A stretch of DNA of 64,000 bases from an uncultured Oscillospiraceae bacterium (GCA_964650465.1 CAZYTA010000003.1:32268-96267), one strand, 5' to 3'. Shown: positions 49,115-58,923, numbered from the stretch's first letter. Notes: generated from the sequence alone by a model not told the origin. Numbers and translations are program-made.

Positions 49115-49669
49115 TTATTGTAATGAGGAAAGTGTTTCTTCTGCTGACCTTCTGAGCTGTGTTGCAGAGTGGGCGAAGAACATGACTGTCAGTATTTTTA
49201 TCAGCTTATCTCTGCCGCCGGGTATTCTTTCGTCATAGGACTCTGTTGCCTTCTCTGCCGCAGATGCTATCGATGCACTGTCATCAAGCTCCAGGTCGGG
49301 GTCGCTGTACATGTCTACATACATATGATAAAGCTCATTATTTTTTACAAGGTCGTCAAGCTCGCTTTCGGTGGGACCTGTTATCAGGTCTATCAAGCCG
49401 CATATTTTATCTATATGCAGGGTTTCCTTCAGCATATTAATAATTATTATTCCTGCGAACTGCTCTCTTGAATAAAGTCTTTTTACTGGTGAGGTTATAA
49501 ACCCTCGCTTTACCCAATTCTGTATCATGTAGGGCTCCAGCCCCGTCATTGCCGACACCTGCGACAGTGTAATGCCGCCTGCGGCAAATATCCCGTCAAA
49601 CAGAGTTCTTGAACTCCCTCTTGACAGCGAGGACACCTCTACTGTAGTCCCCGGGAAAGTGGTGATCAC
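49115..49669 (-). CDS. DUF1836-like HTH protein
   Basis: 184 aa with LSQVSAMTGLEPYMIQNWVKRGFI, a MerR-like HTH. It is the first gene of the flotillin operon. The family call is tentative. Confidence 0.35.
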   Translation of the reverse strand: MITTFPGTTVEVSSLSRGSSRTLFDGIFAAGGITLSQVSAMTGLEPYMIQNWVKRGFITSPVKRLYSREQFAGIIIINMLKETLHIDKICGLIDLITGPTESELDDLVKNNELYHMYVDMYSDPDLELDDSASIASAAEKATESYDERIPGGRDKLIKILTVMFFAHSATQLRRSAEETLSSLQ

Positions 49670-49787
49670 CTGTTACACCTCCCTTTTTATTTATTACGAT
49701 ATGATTATACCATACGGTCACGTGATTGTCAATAGGTGTCGTATGATTTTTTAGAAATAATAATATAACGCAGGAGTTATACCTGCG

Positions 49788-51392
49788 TTATATTTCGGGG
49801 AGAGTATAATTTTCCTCTCCGCTGTGAACAGAATGCATTTTGCTTACAGGCTGTTTACCGAAGAGGGCAAGCAAATCCGCATAGGTTTCTTTGTTGTCAA
49901 ATGTCTTATATCTCAAATGAAGTATATCACCCTCACACAGGGATATTACATCGGGGTCCTTCTTTTCCATTGACACAATAAGGCAGTTTGGAGGAAGAAG
50001 AATATCACGTATTTCTTTGCCTTCTGCAAAGGAGCGGGCGGCTACAGTAAAGTGTGTATCGATAACAAAATGCTCTTTCCCCTTTGTATGTGCCTTTACC
50101 TTGCTTTCTATTACAGAATCGGTAAGAGAAACAGCGCCCGCAGCTTCTGCTACTATATATGCAACAGCAGTACCTATAGCAACGGGAAGAATGTTGGAAA
50201 GCCCGGACAATGCCTCAGCAGAAAACGCAATAGCAGTCATTGGAATTTTGGAGGAAGCGGCAAGAAAGGCAGTCATGGACACGATTACAATAACGGGAGC
50301 ATACGCTTCGGGCATAGTACCAAGATAAACCGTGAGCTTTGCCAAGGCAGACCCAAGCATTGCGCCAAAAGCAAGCGACGGGATGAAGATACCGCCGGTA
50401 ATACCCACAGTATTAGCCAAAAGAAGTAAAAGCGAGCGGACAGTCAGATATATCACTATCATATACCATACGGGAGCTTTTCCGTACATAATATCACATA
50501 TTATATCGTGACCCGAGCCTGTAAAGGATATATCAATAAAGCCGAAAACCGTTACAGCCATAAAAATAACAACAACCTTGGCGGCATGAGGACTTTTTGA
50601 AAAAATATCATTCATTAATCTGTCGGTCGCACGGTATGCCTTAGCAAACAGCACCGCAAAAGCGCCCGCTAAAAGCCCCGCTAAAACCGCAATTCCAAAA
50701 AAACGTACAGGCAAAGTTATATTCACCGCAAAATCGAATATGGAAAACTCAGTTCCAAAAAGCTTACAAAGCGCCTGCATTGTTGCCGAGGCTGTCAATG
50801 CAGAAGCAGAGACCGCCATAAAGATAACAGGTGAAAATCTCTTATGTACCTCTTCAAAGGCAAAGAGTATACCGCTGAGAGGTGCTCCTGTTGCAGCCGC
50901 AAAGCCGCCCGAAGCGCCGCCTGTCATTACATACCTGTCCCATGCTCTGTTTCTCTTTGCCAGCACATTAACCGTTCCTCTGCCCACGGCACACCCCATC
51001 TGGACACTGGGTCCCTCGTTTCCAAGAGGGACACCCATAGCAAACGTTATGATAGAAGAGCTGAACATACCTATCATTGTTGTCATCCATTCAAAGGGAA
51101 TGTGTCCTCTTAGTATTGCAACTGCAGTGGGAATTCCGCCGCCGCGGCAGCTTGGTATATAGCTGACAATAACATAAGAAACAACTCCGAGAAGTGCCGC
51201 GCCGCCAACAAGAAGCAAGAAATACCGAGGTTGTTCTCTTACAATAATATATATATCGTCCGACAAGCCGATTATCAGCTTTGACAAAAATTTGAACAAA
51301 AAAATCAAAACACCTGTGAATACGCCTGTTAAAGCAGAAAGCAAAACACAAGGAAGTAATGTCTGGTTGAAATAATGTTTACTGTTCTTCAT
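49788..51392 (-). CDS. ClC family voltage-gated chloride channel / H+-Cl- antiporter with C-terminal cytoplasmic domain
   Basis: ClC signature motifs GGGIP, GNEGP and GIFIPS are present. Confidence 0.8.
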   Translation of the reverse strand: MKNSKHYFNQTLLPCVLLSALTGVFTGVLIFLFKFLSKLIIGLSDDIYIIVREQPRYFLLLVGGAALLGVVSYVIVSYIPSCRGGGIPTAVAILRGHIPFEWMTTMIGMFSSSIITFAMGVPLGNEGPSVQMGCAVGRGTVNVLAKRNRAWDRYVMTGGASGGFAAATGAPLSGILFAFEEVHKRFSPVIFMAVSASALTASATMQALCKLFGTEFSIFDFAVNITLPVRFFGIAVLAGLLAGAFAVLFAKAYRATDRLMNDIFSKSPHAAKVVVIFMAVTVFGFIDISFTGSGHDIICDIMYGKAPVWYMIVIYLTVRSLLLLLANTVGITGGIFIPSLAFGAMLGSALAKLTVYLGTMPEAYAPVIVIVSMTAFLAASSKIPMTAIAFSAEALSGLSNILPVAIGTAVAYIVAEAAGAVSLTDSVIESKVKAHTKGKEHFVIDTHFTVAARSFAEGKEIRDILLPPNCLIVSMEKKDPDVISLCEGDILHLRYKTFDNKETYADLLALFGKQPVSKMHSVHSGEENYTLPEI

Positions 51393-51451
51393 ATAACCCT
51401 ATAACAAAGCGGTCAGTGACCGCTGACAATGCCCGCCTATCGTAACCTATG

Positions 51452-51500
51452 GATGTACCCGAACAAGGTAAACGGCGAGGTTTGTTTAATACAGTTTCCT
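51452..51500 (-). repeat. Repeat family A, partial 5' module
   Basis: The minus strand reads TATTAGGAAACTGTATTAAACAAACCTCGCCGTTT. It directly follows the terminator hairpin at 51507-51530. Confidence 0.45.
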
Positions 51501-51506
51501 AATAGA

Positions 51507-51530
51507 GAATAAATCAGGCAAGGCGCAACT
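51507..51530 (-). terminator. Terminator of the capAB operon
   Basis: GGCAGGGCGCAG-ttg-CGCCTTGCC followed by TGATTTATTCT (minus strand). Confidence 0.55.
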
Positions 51531-51549
51531 GCGCCCTGCCTAAAACCTT

Positions 51550-52308
51550 TTATTCGGAATCGTAGGTGTTATAGCCACCGTACTTATGGTAATAATTCTT
51601 ACCGTAATAGCCTTTTCTGTGATAATAAGGCTGTGTCGAATCTGTTCCGATGTAAATCACGCCCAGAATATTTGCCTCTATCATCTTAAGACTTGTAATA
51701 AGCTTGTTAAATTCTTTGGTTGTTATAATAAGCTCACGGGCTACAAGTATAACTCCGTCAGACCTTTTGATAACAGGAAGCGCATCGGATACTACATTTA
51801 CAGGAGGAGTATCTATAATGATGAACTCATACTTCTGGCTGACCTCGTCAAGCAAAAGGTTCATTGAGCGGCTTGCAAGTATCTCTGCGGGATTATTTAC
51901 GGAAGCGCCCGAAGAAAGGAAATCAAGATTGGGATATTTTGTTACATTTACCGCATCGGCAAAAGTAGCTTCCCCTCTTACCACATCGGTCAAGCCAACG
52001 GTCGAGTGATATTTGAGATAACGTGATGCCCTTCTCTTTCTGAGGTCACCGTCTATCAGCAGCACCTTCTTATCAAACTGTGCAATAGCAATAGCAAGAT
52101 TGATTGAAGAAGTAGACTTACCTTCGCCTGCCACCGAGCTGGTAACGGTAATAAGATGACAGGGGTTATCATCAAGGTTGAGTATAAGATTTGTTCTTAT
52201 GGTTTTGTATGCTTCCTTGATTGCGAAAAGAGTGGTTGATGAAACCGAACTGTTGTTTGTACTTACAGGACCATCATTTGAGTTGCGGTTAGTTCTGAAC
52301 ATTGCCAT
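51550..52308 (-). CDS. BY-kinase (CpsD/CapB/YwqD-type tyrosine protein kinase)
   Basis: Walker A VTSSVAGEGKSTSS and Walker B' LIDGDLRKR. C-terminal tyrosine cluster YYHRKGYYGKNYYHKYGGYNTY. Confidence 0.8.
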   Translation of the reverse strand: MAMFRTNRNSNDGPVSTNNSSVSSTTLFAIKEAYKTIRTNLILNLDDNPCHLITVTSSVAGEGKSTSSINLAIAIAQFDKKVLLIDGDLRKRRASRYLKYHSTVGLTDVVRGEATFADAVNVTKYPNLDFLSSGASVNNPAEILASRSMNLLLDEVSQKYEFIIIDTPPVNVVSDALPVIKRSDGVILVARELIITTKEFNKLITSLKMIEANILGVIYIGTDSTQPYYHRKGYYGKNYYHKYGGYNTYDSE

Positions 52309-52311
52309 TGA

Positions 52312-53028
52312 TTAGTCCTCCCTTCCTTTTCTTGCGCGTTTTTCAGCGGCAGGAGTTGTGTCGGGAACAACGCCCAAAATCGGTATATCATGCATGCTTG
52401 TAATATCCTCAAGATTCTTAATCTTATTGTCAAACATTTCCTTGCAAATAAAGAATGCAGCACAGCAAACAGCGCCGATAAAAAATCCGACCAAGGTATT
52501 TGCCATAATATTCGGCGAAACCGGAACAAGAGGCTTAATCGGGTCATCAATAATCTTTATCTTGTTCAAAGCCGGATACTCAGCAGATTTTGTTATCATA
52601 TAATTTGCAACAGTTTCGGCAACATCATAGCAAGTATCAGGGTTTGAAGAAGTAACCTCAACAGTAAATGAAGGCTCATCCACGTTAGCCGATGACTCAA
52701 TATCTGTCATTAACATCAGCTGTGTTGCCGTAAAAAGCTCTCCGCTATGGCCCTGAGCGGCATACACCTCCGAAACCTCATTAAAAAACTTGGTCGTCTC
52801 AAAAATTGCAAGGTAAGAATGTATAGCTTCCTTTACGAATGATGCTTCGGAAGTTTTACTGTAATCAGCATCCATAACAACAAGTATTTTAGCAGAGGAG
52901 GAGTACTTCTCCTGAATAAATACCTTTGTAAATCCAAAGATTAACAAAGCGAAAATAAGTGCTACAAGCAATATATACTTTAATCTGACAAGCAAAAGAG
53001 AAACTACTTTGCTTATGTTCAATTCCAT
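52312..53028 (-). CDS. Polysaccharide co-polymerase / kinase activator (CapA/YwqC/Wzz-like)
   Basis: 238 aa with TM helices at the N- and C-termini. Immediately upstream of the BY-kinase. Confidence 0.7.
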   Translation of the reverse strand: MELNISKVVSLLLVRLKYILLVALIFALLIFGFTKVFIQEKYSSSAKILVVMDADYSKTSEASFVKEAIHSYLAIFETTKFFNEVSEVYAAQGHSGELFTATQLMLMTDIESSANVDEPSFTVEVTSSNPDTCYDVAETVANYMITKSAEYPALNKIKIIDDPIKPLVPVSPNIMANTLVGFFIGAVCCAAFFICKEMFDNKIKNLEDITSMHDIPILGVVPDTTPAAEKRARKGRED

Positions 53029-53278
53029 AATATCAATTGCCTCCTAAAATAGTTGTACCTGACTTTCTTTATAAGTATATCACTGTTTTACAAAAAAATC
53101 AATAACTAAAATCAACAAAATTGATAAATATTAAAAATAATATGGTAAAGATATTGACAAATTCATGGCTGCGGGTTACTGCAGGTTTAGATACAGACAT
53201 CAAAATTATTCTTTTTTCGGTATAAAATTTCAGCTGTTACAAATAATAAAAGCAACAGATTCTGAGAGGAGATAACAT

Positions 53279-53446
53279 ATGAAAAACACAGTGAAAATCA
53301 TGGAAGGACTTGCAATAGGAATGATTATAGGAGGAACAGCAGGCGCATTCATTGCCTCCAAGATAAAAAACTGCAGTAACTCCGGAAAACGTTTTACTCA
53401 CGCTATAAAATCCGCCTGCGGCTTTATCGAAGATATCTGCGGCTAA
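53279..53446 (+). CDS. Small (55-aa) membrane protein, unannotated ORF
   Basis: Strong RBS GAGAGGAGATAACAT-ATG. One TM helix (GLAIGMIIGGTAGAFIA) and three Cys. It falls below the 60-aa cutoff of the ORF track. Confidence 0.35.
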   Translation: MKNTVKIMEGLAIGMIIGGTAGAFIASKIKNCSNSGKRFTHAIKSACGFIEDICG

Positions 53447-53447
53447 G

Positions 53448-53590
53448 CGGAGAGCCTCCGCGGGCAATTCTCGCCTATCTTAACAATATATCTGCACCCA
53501 AACACAGCACAACGGCGAGGTTGATTTAATGCAATTTCCTATGATATAAAAAAGCAGAGAGCCTCCGCAGGAAATTTTTGCCTATCGTTC
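53448..53590 (-). repeat. Repeat family A: one full copy plus a 3' fragment of a second, minus orientation
   Basis: The reverse complement reads …GATAGGCAAAAATTTCCTGCGGAGGCTCTCTGCTTTTTTATATCATAGGAAATTGCATTAAATCAACCTCGCCGTT…GATAGGCGAGAATTGCCCGCGGAGGCTCTCCGC. Confidence 0.6.
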
Positions 53591-53728
53591 CATCATTCAA
53601 ATCGAAAATTTACGGGAGGGATCACCCCTCCCATACAATCATTGAAGCATTACCACTGTAGATGAGGCGTTTCGCCTCCCGTTCTATTAATGTGAATTTG
53701 CGTTAGCAAATGCGAATTCTTATAACAT

Positions 53729-53770
53729 AAACAGTAGCGGAAAGGATAATATCTGCTTTCCGCTACTGTT
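53729..53770 (-). terminator. Strong terminator downstream of serpin gene
   Basis: 15-bp stem AACAGTAGCGGAAAG / CTTTCCGCTACTGTT followed by TATAT. Confidence 0.65.
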
Positions 53771-53783
53771 TATATAAAATCGC

Positions 53784-55070
53784 TTAAGCCTCAACACTCA
53801 ATACTGTTCCCAAAAACAGAGGAAGATTGGTTTGTGTGTCTATTATTGCAAAAACAAATGGTCTGTTAACGGTAACGTATTTTACATTTGCAGGAGGCAC
53901 AGCTGCCGATTCTGTATTTACCGCTACAGAGGTAACTGCAGCAGCTCTTGTTCCGTCCTCCGCAACCTCAATAAAGGTCTTATGAATAACCTCGCTGACA
54001 TACAGGTTTCCTTTATCCGATGTTCCCAGCCCCGAAAGGTCCGCCGCAGATGAATCAAACGCATCGGTGAGTCCCATTGCTTTCAGAGTATCATTCAAAT
54101 TTGCAGAATATTCATAAGAGAATTTCGGCAGCTTTGCTTCCACGGTTACTGTCTGGGGTGCAGAAAGCATATTTATCAGCTTCTCCCCTGTCAGTTCAGA
54201 TACATATTCATTTATTGATATTTCACTGTCAGGAAGGAACACCGCAAAGGCGTATTCTCCGCCCTTATAGTTTTTAATAAAGCCTGTTGTGTTTTCGTCT
54301 TCCAGGTAGAGTGCCTCTGTTGAGTACATTCCTGTTACCGTCTCTGTATCTCCTGCACAGTTGGTAAATTTGAAATAATCAGATGTTTCGGTATATTCTC
54401 TCTGCCATTTTGCATCAAAAGCAAGTGCATTTATGAGATACATAACTGTATCAACTGATATTTTATCAATAATCTCTTTAATCATTCCGTCGGTATTGTC
54501 ATCCACCCAGTGATTGATGTCTTTAACAGTGCTGTCATCAAAGGGCTTTGTGAAAACATCGGCATCAAACACGTCGTCGGCATATTCAATAAAATCCTCA
54601 TCTACTCTTATGGCGCCGTCGTCATCTCTGACCCACACTGAATTTGCTACATCTATCTCTGCATTTTCGCTGTCTTCAAGCTTTTCTGTAAGACGCTGAT
54701 AGAAGCCGTTCATCTCTGCCATAGAAATACCTCTGCCCAGCACCTTTTCAAACTGGCTGTAGGTGTCCCCCTTTGCACCGCCTGCGGTAAGTCCGAGAGC
54801 GATTGAAACAGAAACAGGAGAGACAAGCACGTTACGGTCACCCTTATAAAGTGATTTTATTGTATCAACGGCAATATCTGTTATTGCCTCCTCGGGAGTA
54901 CGGGCGTTTTGGGTAATGTCGGGCGTAATATCGATTTCAATTTTATCTGCGTTGGGGATAATTATCGGTTCTTTCAAGGAATAGGTACTGACACAGGAGG
55001 ACAGTGAGAGAATAAGCGAAGCAACGAGTAAAGCGGACAATAATCTTTTCATTGTTTTAATTCCTTTCAT
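53784..55070 (-). CDS. Serpin family protease inhibitor, lipoprotein
   Basis: Lipoprotein signal sequence …LLVASLILSLSSC. Serpin core and C-terminal signature (…NRPFVFAIIDTQTNLPLFLGTVLSVEA). The ORF track start is 17 codons further upstream. Confidence 0.7.
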   Translation of the reverse strand: MKGIKTMKRLLSALLVASLILSLSSCVSTYSLKEPIIIPNADKIEIDITPDITQNARTPEEAITDIAVDTIKSLYKGDRNVLVSPVSVSIALGLTAGGAKGDTYSQFEKVLGRGISMAEMNGFYQRLTEKLEDSENAEIDVANSVWVRDDDGAIRVDEDFIEYADDVFDADVFTKPFDDSTVKDINHWVDDNTDGMIKEIIDKISVDTVMYLINALAFDAKWQREYTETSDYFKFTNCAGDTETVTGMYSTEALYLEDENTTGFIKNYKGGEYAFAVFLPDSEISINEYVSELTGEKLINMLSAPQTVTVEAKLPKFSYEYSANLNDTLKAMGLTDAFDSSAADLSGLGTSDKGNLYVSEVIHKTFIEVAEDGTRAAAVTSVAVNTESAAVPPANVKYVTVNRPFVFAIIDTQTNLPLFLGTVLSVEA

Positions 55071-55124
55071 CTTTTGTCTATTAGACGGTGGGAATACTTT
55101 TTTGTTCCGCATATTTTGCAAAAA

Positions 55125-55300
55125 TGTCGAGGTTGTTTTAATACAATTTCCTATGATATAAAAAAGTCGCCTTCGGCAACTGATGTTCGCTAACGCTCAC
55201 AATTTCAGAGGTAGACTTTGTTTGTTACAAGCAATTGCGATGCAATTTCCTATGTAATAAAAAATCACTCCGCATTTCTGCGGAGTGAAGTTTTGTTTAC
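55125..55300 (-). repeat. Two partial copies of repeat family A, each after a hairpin
   Basis: The minus strand reads CACTCCGCAGAAATGCGGAGTG-ATTTTTTATTACATAGGAAATTGCATCGC and GTTGCCGAAGGCGAC-TTTTTTATATCATAGGAAATTGTATTAAAACAACC. Confidence 0.5.
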
Positions 55301-58300
55301 CAGATAGAAGGCTTGGATTCGTCCTCGCCTGCAACGATATCGTCTGTTACATCTGCAAAGTATTCTGCAGCTGCTACATAGTAGTTGTAAAGTGCCTTGG
55401 TAAGGTTAGCAAGATTAGCATCCTCGCTTGCTGTGCCTTCAAGAACAAGCTTCACGTAGCTGAGAGGTGAATAGGTAACAACCATTGACTCGGAGCCTGT
55501 GGAAATAATTGTCTTATCAAGCTTTCCAAGGTCTCTTGCAATAATGTTATCAATCTCTACATAGTACAATCCGTCCTTTTCACAAGGAGTAGCCTTGATG
55601 CCGTTTACAGTGAATGTGTAATCCGACATGGAAGCGCCCTCTGCAAGCTCGAAGTAATGACGTACAATTGTATTACTTTCAAGAATCAAGCTTGATGCAG
55701 TAAGTGTAATACCTGTTACACTGCCCTTCTTGGTAGGTGTATATGTGTTGGAAATAGTTACTTCTGTATCAGCAAGGTCGGGTGAGGGTGTAATAGACGC
55801 CTTTTCAAAGTACTGTCTTGAATACTCACCGTAGTTGAACATTTCATTGATGAGAGTGAGACACTCCTCGTATTCTGCAGTATTGGCATTTACATAGTCA
55901 ACATATGCCTTAACTGTCTCGGTAACAGACTCTGAAGAATCTGCTGTAGTTACAGTAAGCTTGATGGGCTGGTGCATTTCCTTAGCCGCAACATAGAACT
56001 TAACTGTATAAAGTGAGCCGTCAACAGTGTTTTCTGCCTTTACAAGGTCAACATCATAGTCCTTACCGAAATATGATATTGTTGCTGTAATATTTTCAAA
56101 ATCAGCTATTGCAAATTCACTGAGCTTTACATAGAACTTAACGCCTATGCTTCCTTCAAGAAGAAGGCTGTAATTGGTAAATTCAATATCATCAACTATC
56201 TGTGCCTTGAACTTCTGAACAACAGAACCGAGCTTCGCAGGAAGCATCACGCTGTCACTTGTAACAGGGTTGGAAACAAATCTGAGAAGAGAAGTAAGGT
56301 CAAGAGCTTCAATTGTAGCTACAAAGTTTGCACGGTCGATAACCTCACCCAGCTCGTAGGTTTCCTTATTGGAAACAAGAGTGAATGCGGAATCAGCAAA
56401 TGAAACGTTTGAGAATGCTGTGTTATTTGCAACATTCTGCCACTCTGACTCTGAGCCAAGGTAATAAACTACACCGGGAACTTTGCCGAAGGCAGGTGCT
56501 CCGATAGCTGTTGTGGTCTTATCAATAATGAGTGTGGTAACAGTGGTAATGCCTTCAAAAGCATTTGCGGGAATATCCGAGCCTATAAGAACAAGGTCAA
56601 GTGTCTCGGGAACAGCCATACCGAATATGTATGCAAACTCAGTATTAGCTCCGTTTACCTTCTCACCTACAAAGGGAACAGCAATTTCAGCAATTGCATC
56701 GCATCCGTACAATGCGCCGTAGCCGATATAAGCTGTGGTGTCGGGAATTGCTATAGCCTTGAGTGAGCTGCTTGACATAAATGCGTATTCGCCGATAGAA
56801 ACAACTGAGTCGGCAAGGTAAACATCTGTAATAGCAGGACAGTTAGCAAAGGTCTTGTAGCCTACACCGCTTGCGGCATTAAATACTACTGTCTGTAAGG
56901 ATGTACAATCTCTGAACGCATTATAGCCGACATTTTCAACGCTTGCGCCGATAACCGCAGATGTAAGAGCGGAAGCTCCTCTGAATGCGCTGTTTCCGAT
57001 AACCTTAACAGACTTTGATACATCAACGGACTCAAGTACAGAGCATCCCTTGAATGCAGCATCTCCGATTGTAAGGAGAGTTGAGGGGAACTGAACGCTG
57101 TAGAGTGAAGTACATGAATTGAATGCAGAATCACCGATATGAAGGAGTCCTTCGGGAAGCTGAACAGCTTCAAGAGCAGTACAGTTTGCAAATGCAAGAG
57201 AAGCGATAACCTTTGTATCGGCATTCACTGTACAGCTTGTAACGGCATTTGACTCAGCCTTCCAAAGAATAGCGTATGCATTGTCTGCAGCACCGATATA
57301 AACAGCGCCGTCAGAGGTTGTTCCTGTAATTGCGGTAGCGGCAAATGCGCCTACACCTACAAATTCGGGAACAGCATCAATTGTGACAGCCGCAAGAGTG
57401 CCGCAATCCAAAAATGCATAGTTGCCGATATACTTAACGCCTGAGCCCAAGGTTACATCAGCAAGAGACGCACTCGATGCGAATGCATTGTCTCCGATTG
57501 ATATAACAGCATCGGGAACAGTAATACTTGTAAGAAGTGAATTCTCGAAAGCACCTTCACCGATAACAACGGTAGCTGTGGGGATATTGAAGGTTGTTGC
57601 TTCGGGGTTTGCGCTTATGAGTGCATAATAAGCATTTCCCGAAACCTTTGCATATTTTGAACCGCTTACTGTTGTGATAAGAGCCTCACAATTTCTGAAG
57701 GCGGTAGCATCAACTACAGCCGCTGTGTTTGCAAGAGTAAGCTCTGCAAGAGCCGAACAGCCCTCAAACGCAGCATACTCAACTGTCTCTACAGTAGCGG
57801 GAAGTGTGATTGAGGTAACCGCATCAAGCTTGTAGAATGCGTAAGCACCTACAGAAGTAACTCCCTCGCTTACAACAACAGTCTTGATTGAATCACGGTA
57901 TGCATACCAAGGTGCGAGAGTTTCAAGTGTGTAGTTATCCATCATTCCGCTTCCGGATACAGTAAGTGTACCTGCGGATGTATCAACATTCCATGTAAGA
58001 ACACCGGATACTCCCGATGTGCCTGATGATGAAACTGTAACATTAAAGGTTGCTGTCTTTATACCGAAGGTAACGGTAACTGTCTTTGTACCGATAGTTG
58101 TCATATCGGGGATGTCAACCTCTACCGCATTTGTAACATCAACGGAGCCAAAGCTTGCAACAAGACCCGTAAGGTCAAGGCTTTCGCCGAGAGTGTATAC
58201 AGTCTTGGCAGGAGCTGTTATGCTGAAGGTAGCTCCTGACAGGAACACGGGCGAAATTGAATTGGTAGAGTCAACCGTTACGGATGCCCAACCTGTAGAA

Positions 58301-58923
58301 GTACCGTTAAAGAACAGGTATACAATTGCGTCGCATCTCTGGAAAGCATACTTGCCGATTGAACCGGTACCGCTTCCCAAAACTGCGTACTTAAGAGAAC
58401 TACAATCCTTGAATGCATACTCTCCGATAGTTGCCACAGTATCGGCAAGAACAATCTTCTCTACGCCGGATACGTTGTTGAAGGCATAACTTCCAATCGC
58501 AGTTGAACCTGAAATAACAACCTTCTTGAGGCTTTGGGGAACATATGCCTCATTCTGGAAATAATTCGATGCTCCGAATATATAGCCAAAATATGTGTTT
58601 GAACTGCCGTCTCCAACGTAGGGAACGGTTATTTCTTCAAGATTTTCCATTCCGTAAAAAGCCGCTTTACTTATTGTAACACCTGAGTTTACAACAATGC
58701 TCTTTACATTGGATTTGTACTGATACCAAGGAGCACTTCCCTTTTCGTATTCGGGCATAGCACCGCTTCCGCTTACGGTAAGTGTACCGTTTGAAGTATC
58801 AAGTGTCCACGAAATATTTGTGTCGGTTCCCGAATAATCGGCAACAGCCACAAGCATCACAATTGCTGAAATTACAGCAAAAAATACGATGCCAAGTGAT
58901 AACTTCTTAATGTTTTTTGTCAT
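55297..58923 (-). CDS. BspA-type leucine-rich-repeat surface protein with Ig-like domains
   Basis: 1208 aa with an N-terminal signal/anchor. Multiple LRR_5-type repeats (…IGSYAFNNVSGVEKIVLADTVATIGEYAFKDCSSLKYAVLGSGTGSIGKYAF…). Start set at the ATG preceded by AAGAGGTAAGG. Confidence 0.65.
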   Translation of the reverse strand: MTKNIKKLSLGIVFFAVISAIVMLVAVADYSGTDTNISWTLDTSNGTLTVSGSGAMPEYEKGSAPWYQYKSNVKSIVVNSGVTISKAAFYGMENLEEITVPYVGDGSSNTYFGYIFGASNYFQNEAYVPQSLKKVVISGSTAIGSYAFNNVSGVEKIVLADTVATIGEYAFKDCSSLKYAVLGSGTGSIGKYAFQRCDAIVYLFFNGTSTGWASVTVDSTNSISPVFLSGATFSITAPAKTVYTLGESLDLTGLVASFGSVDVTNAVEVDIPDMTTIGTKTVTVTFGIKTATFNVTVSSSGTSGVSGVLTWNVDTSAGTLTVSGSGMMDNYTLETLAPWYAYRDSIKTVVVSEGVTSVGAYAFYKLDAVTSITLPATVETVEYAAFEGCSALAELTLANTAAVVDATAFRNCEALITTVSGSKYAKVSGNAYYALISANPEATTFNIPTATVVIGEGAFENSLLTSITVPDAVISIGDNAFASSASLADVTLGSGVKYIGNYAFLDCGTLAAVTIDAVPEFVGVGAFAATAITGTTSDGAVYIGAADNAYAILWKAESNAVTSCTVNADTKVIASLAFANCTALEAVQLPEGLLHIGDSAFNSCTSLYSVQFPSTLLTIGDAAFKGCSVLESVDVSKSVKVIGNSAFRGASALTSAVIGASVENVGYNAFRDCTSLQTVVFNAASGVGYKTFANCPAITDVYLADSVVSIGEYAFMSSSSLKAIAIPDTTAYIGYGALYGCDAIAEIAVPFVGEKVNGANTEFAYIFGMAVPETLDLVLIGSDIPANAFEGITTVTTLIIDKTTTAIGAPAFGKVPGVVYYLGSESEWQNVANNTAFSNVSFADSAFTLVSNKETYELGEVIDRANFVATIEALDLTSLLRFVSNPVTSDSVMLPAKLGSVVQKFKAQIVDDIEFTNYSLLLEGSIGVKFYVKLSEFAIADFENITATISYFGKDYDVDLVKAENTVDGSLYTVKFYVAAKEMHQPIKLTVTTADSSESVTETVKAYVDYVNANTAEYEECLTLINEMFNYGEYSRQYFEKASITPSPDLADTEVTISNTYTPTKKGSVTGITLTASSLILESNTIVRHYFELAEGASMSDYTFTVNGIKATPCEKDGLYYVEIDNIIARDLGKLDKTIISTGSESMVVTYSPLSYVKLVLEGTASEDANLANLTKALYNYYVAAAEYFADVTDDIVAGEDESKPSIW

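Noticed and set aside
53100-53180. ATCAACAAAATTGAT palindrome and TTGACA box upstream of the micro-ORF
   Set aside because: Plausible operator/promoter, but it is a single occurrence in AT-rich sequence and too weak to call.
53237-53467. 76-aa minus-strand ORF
   Set aside because: Overlaps the better-supported plus-strand micro-ORF, which has a strong RBS, and the repeat hairpin. No RBS.
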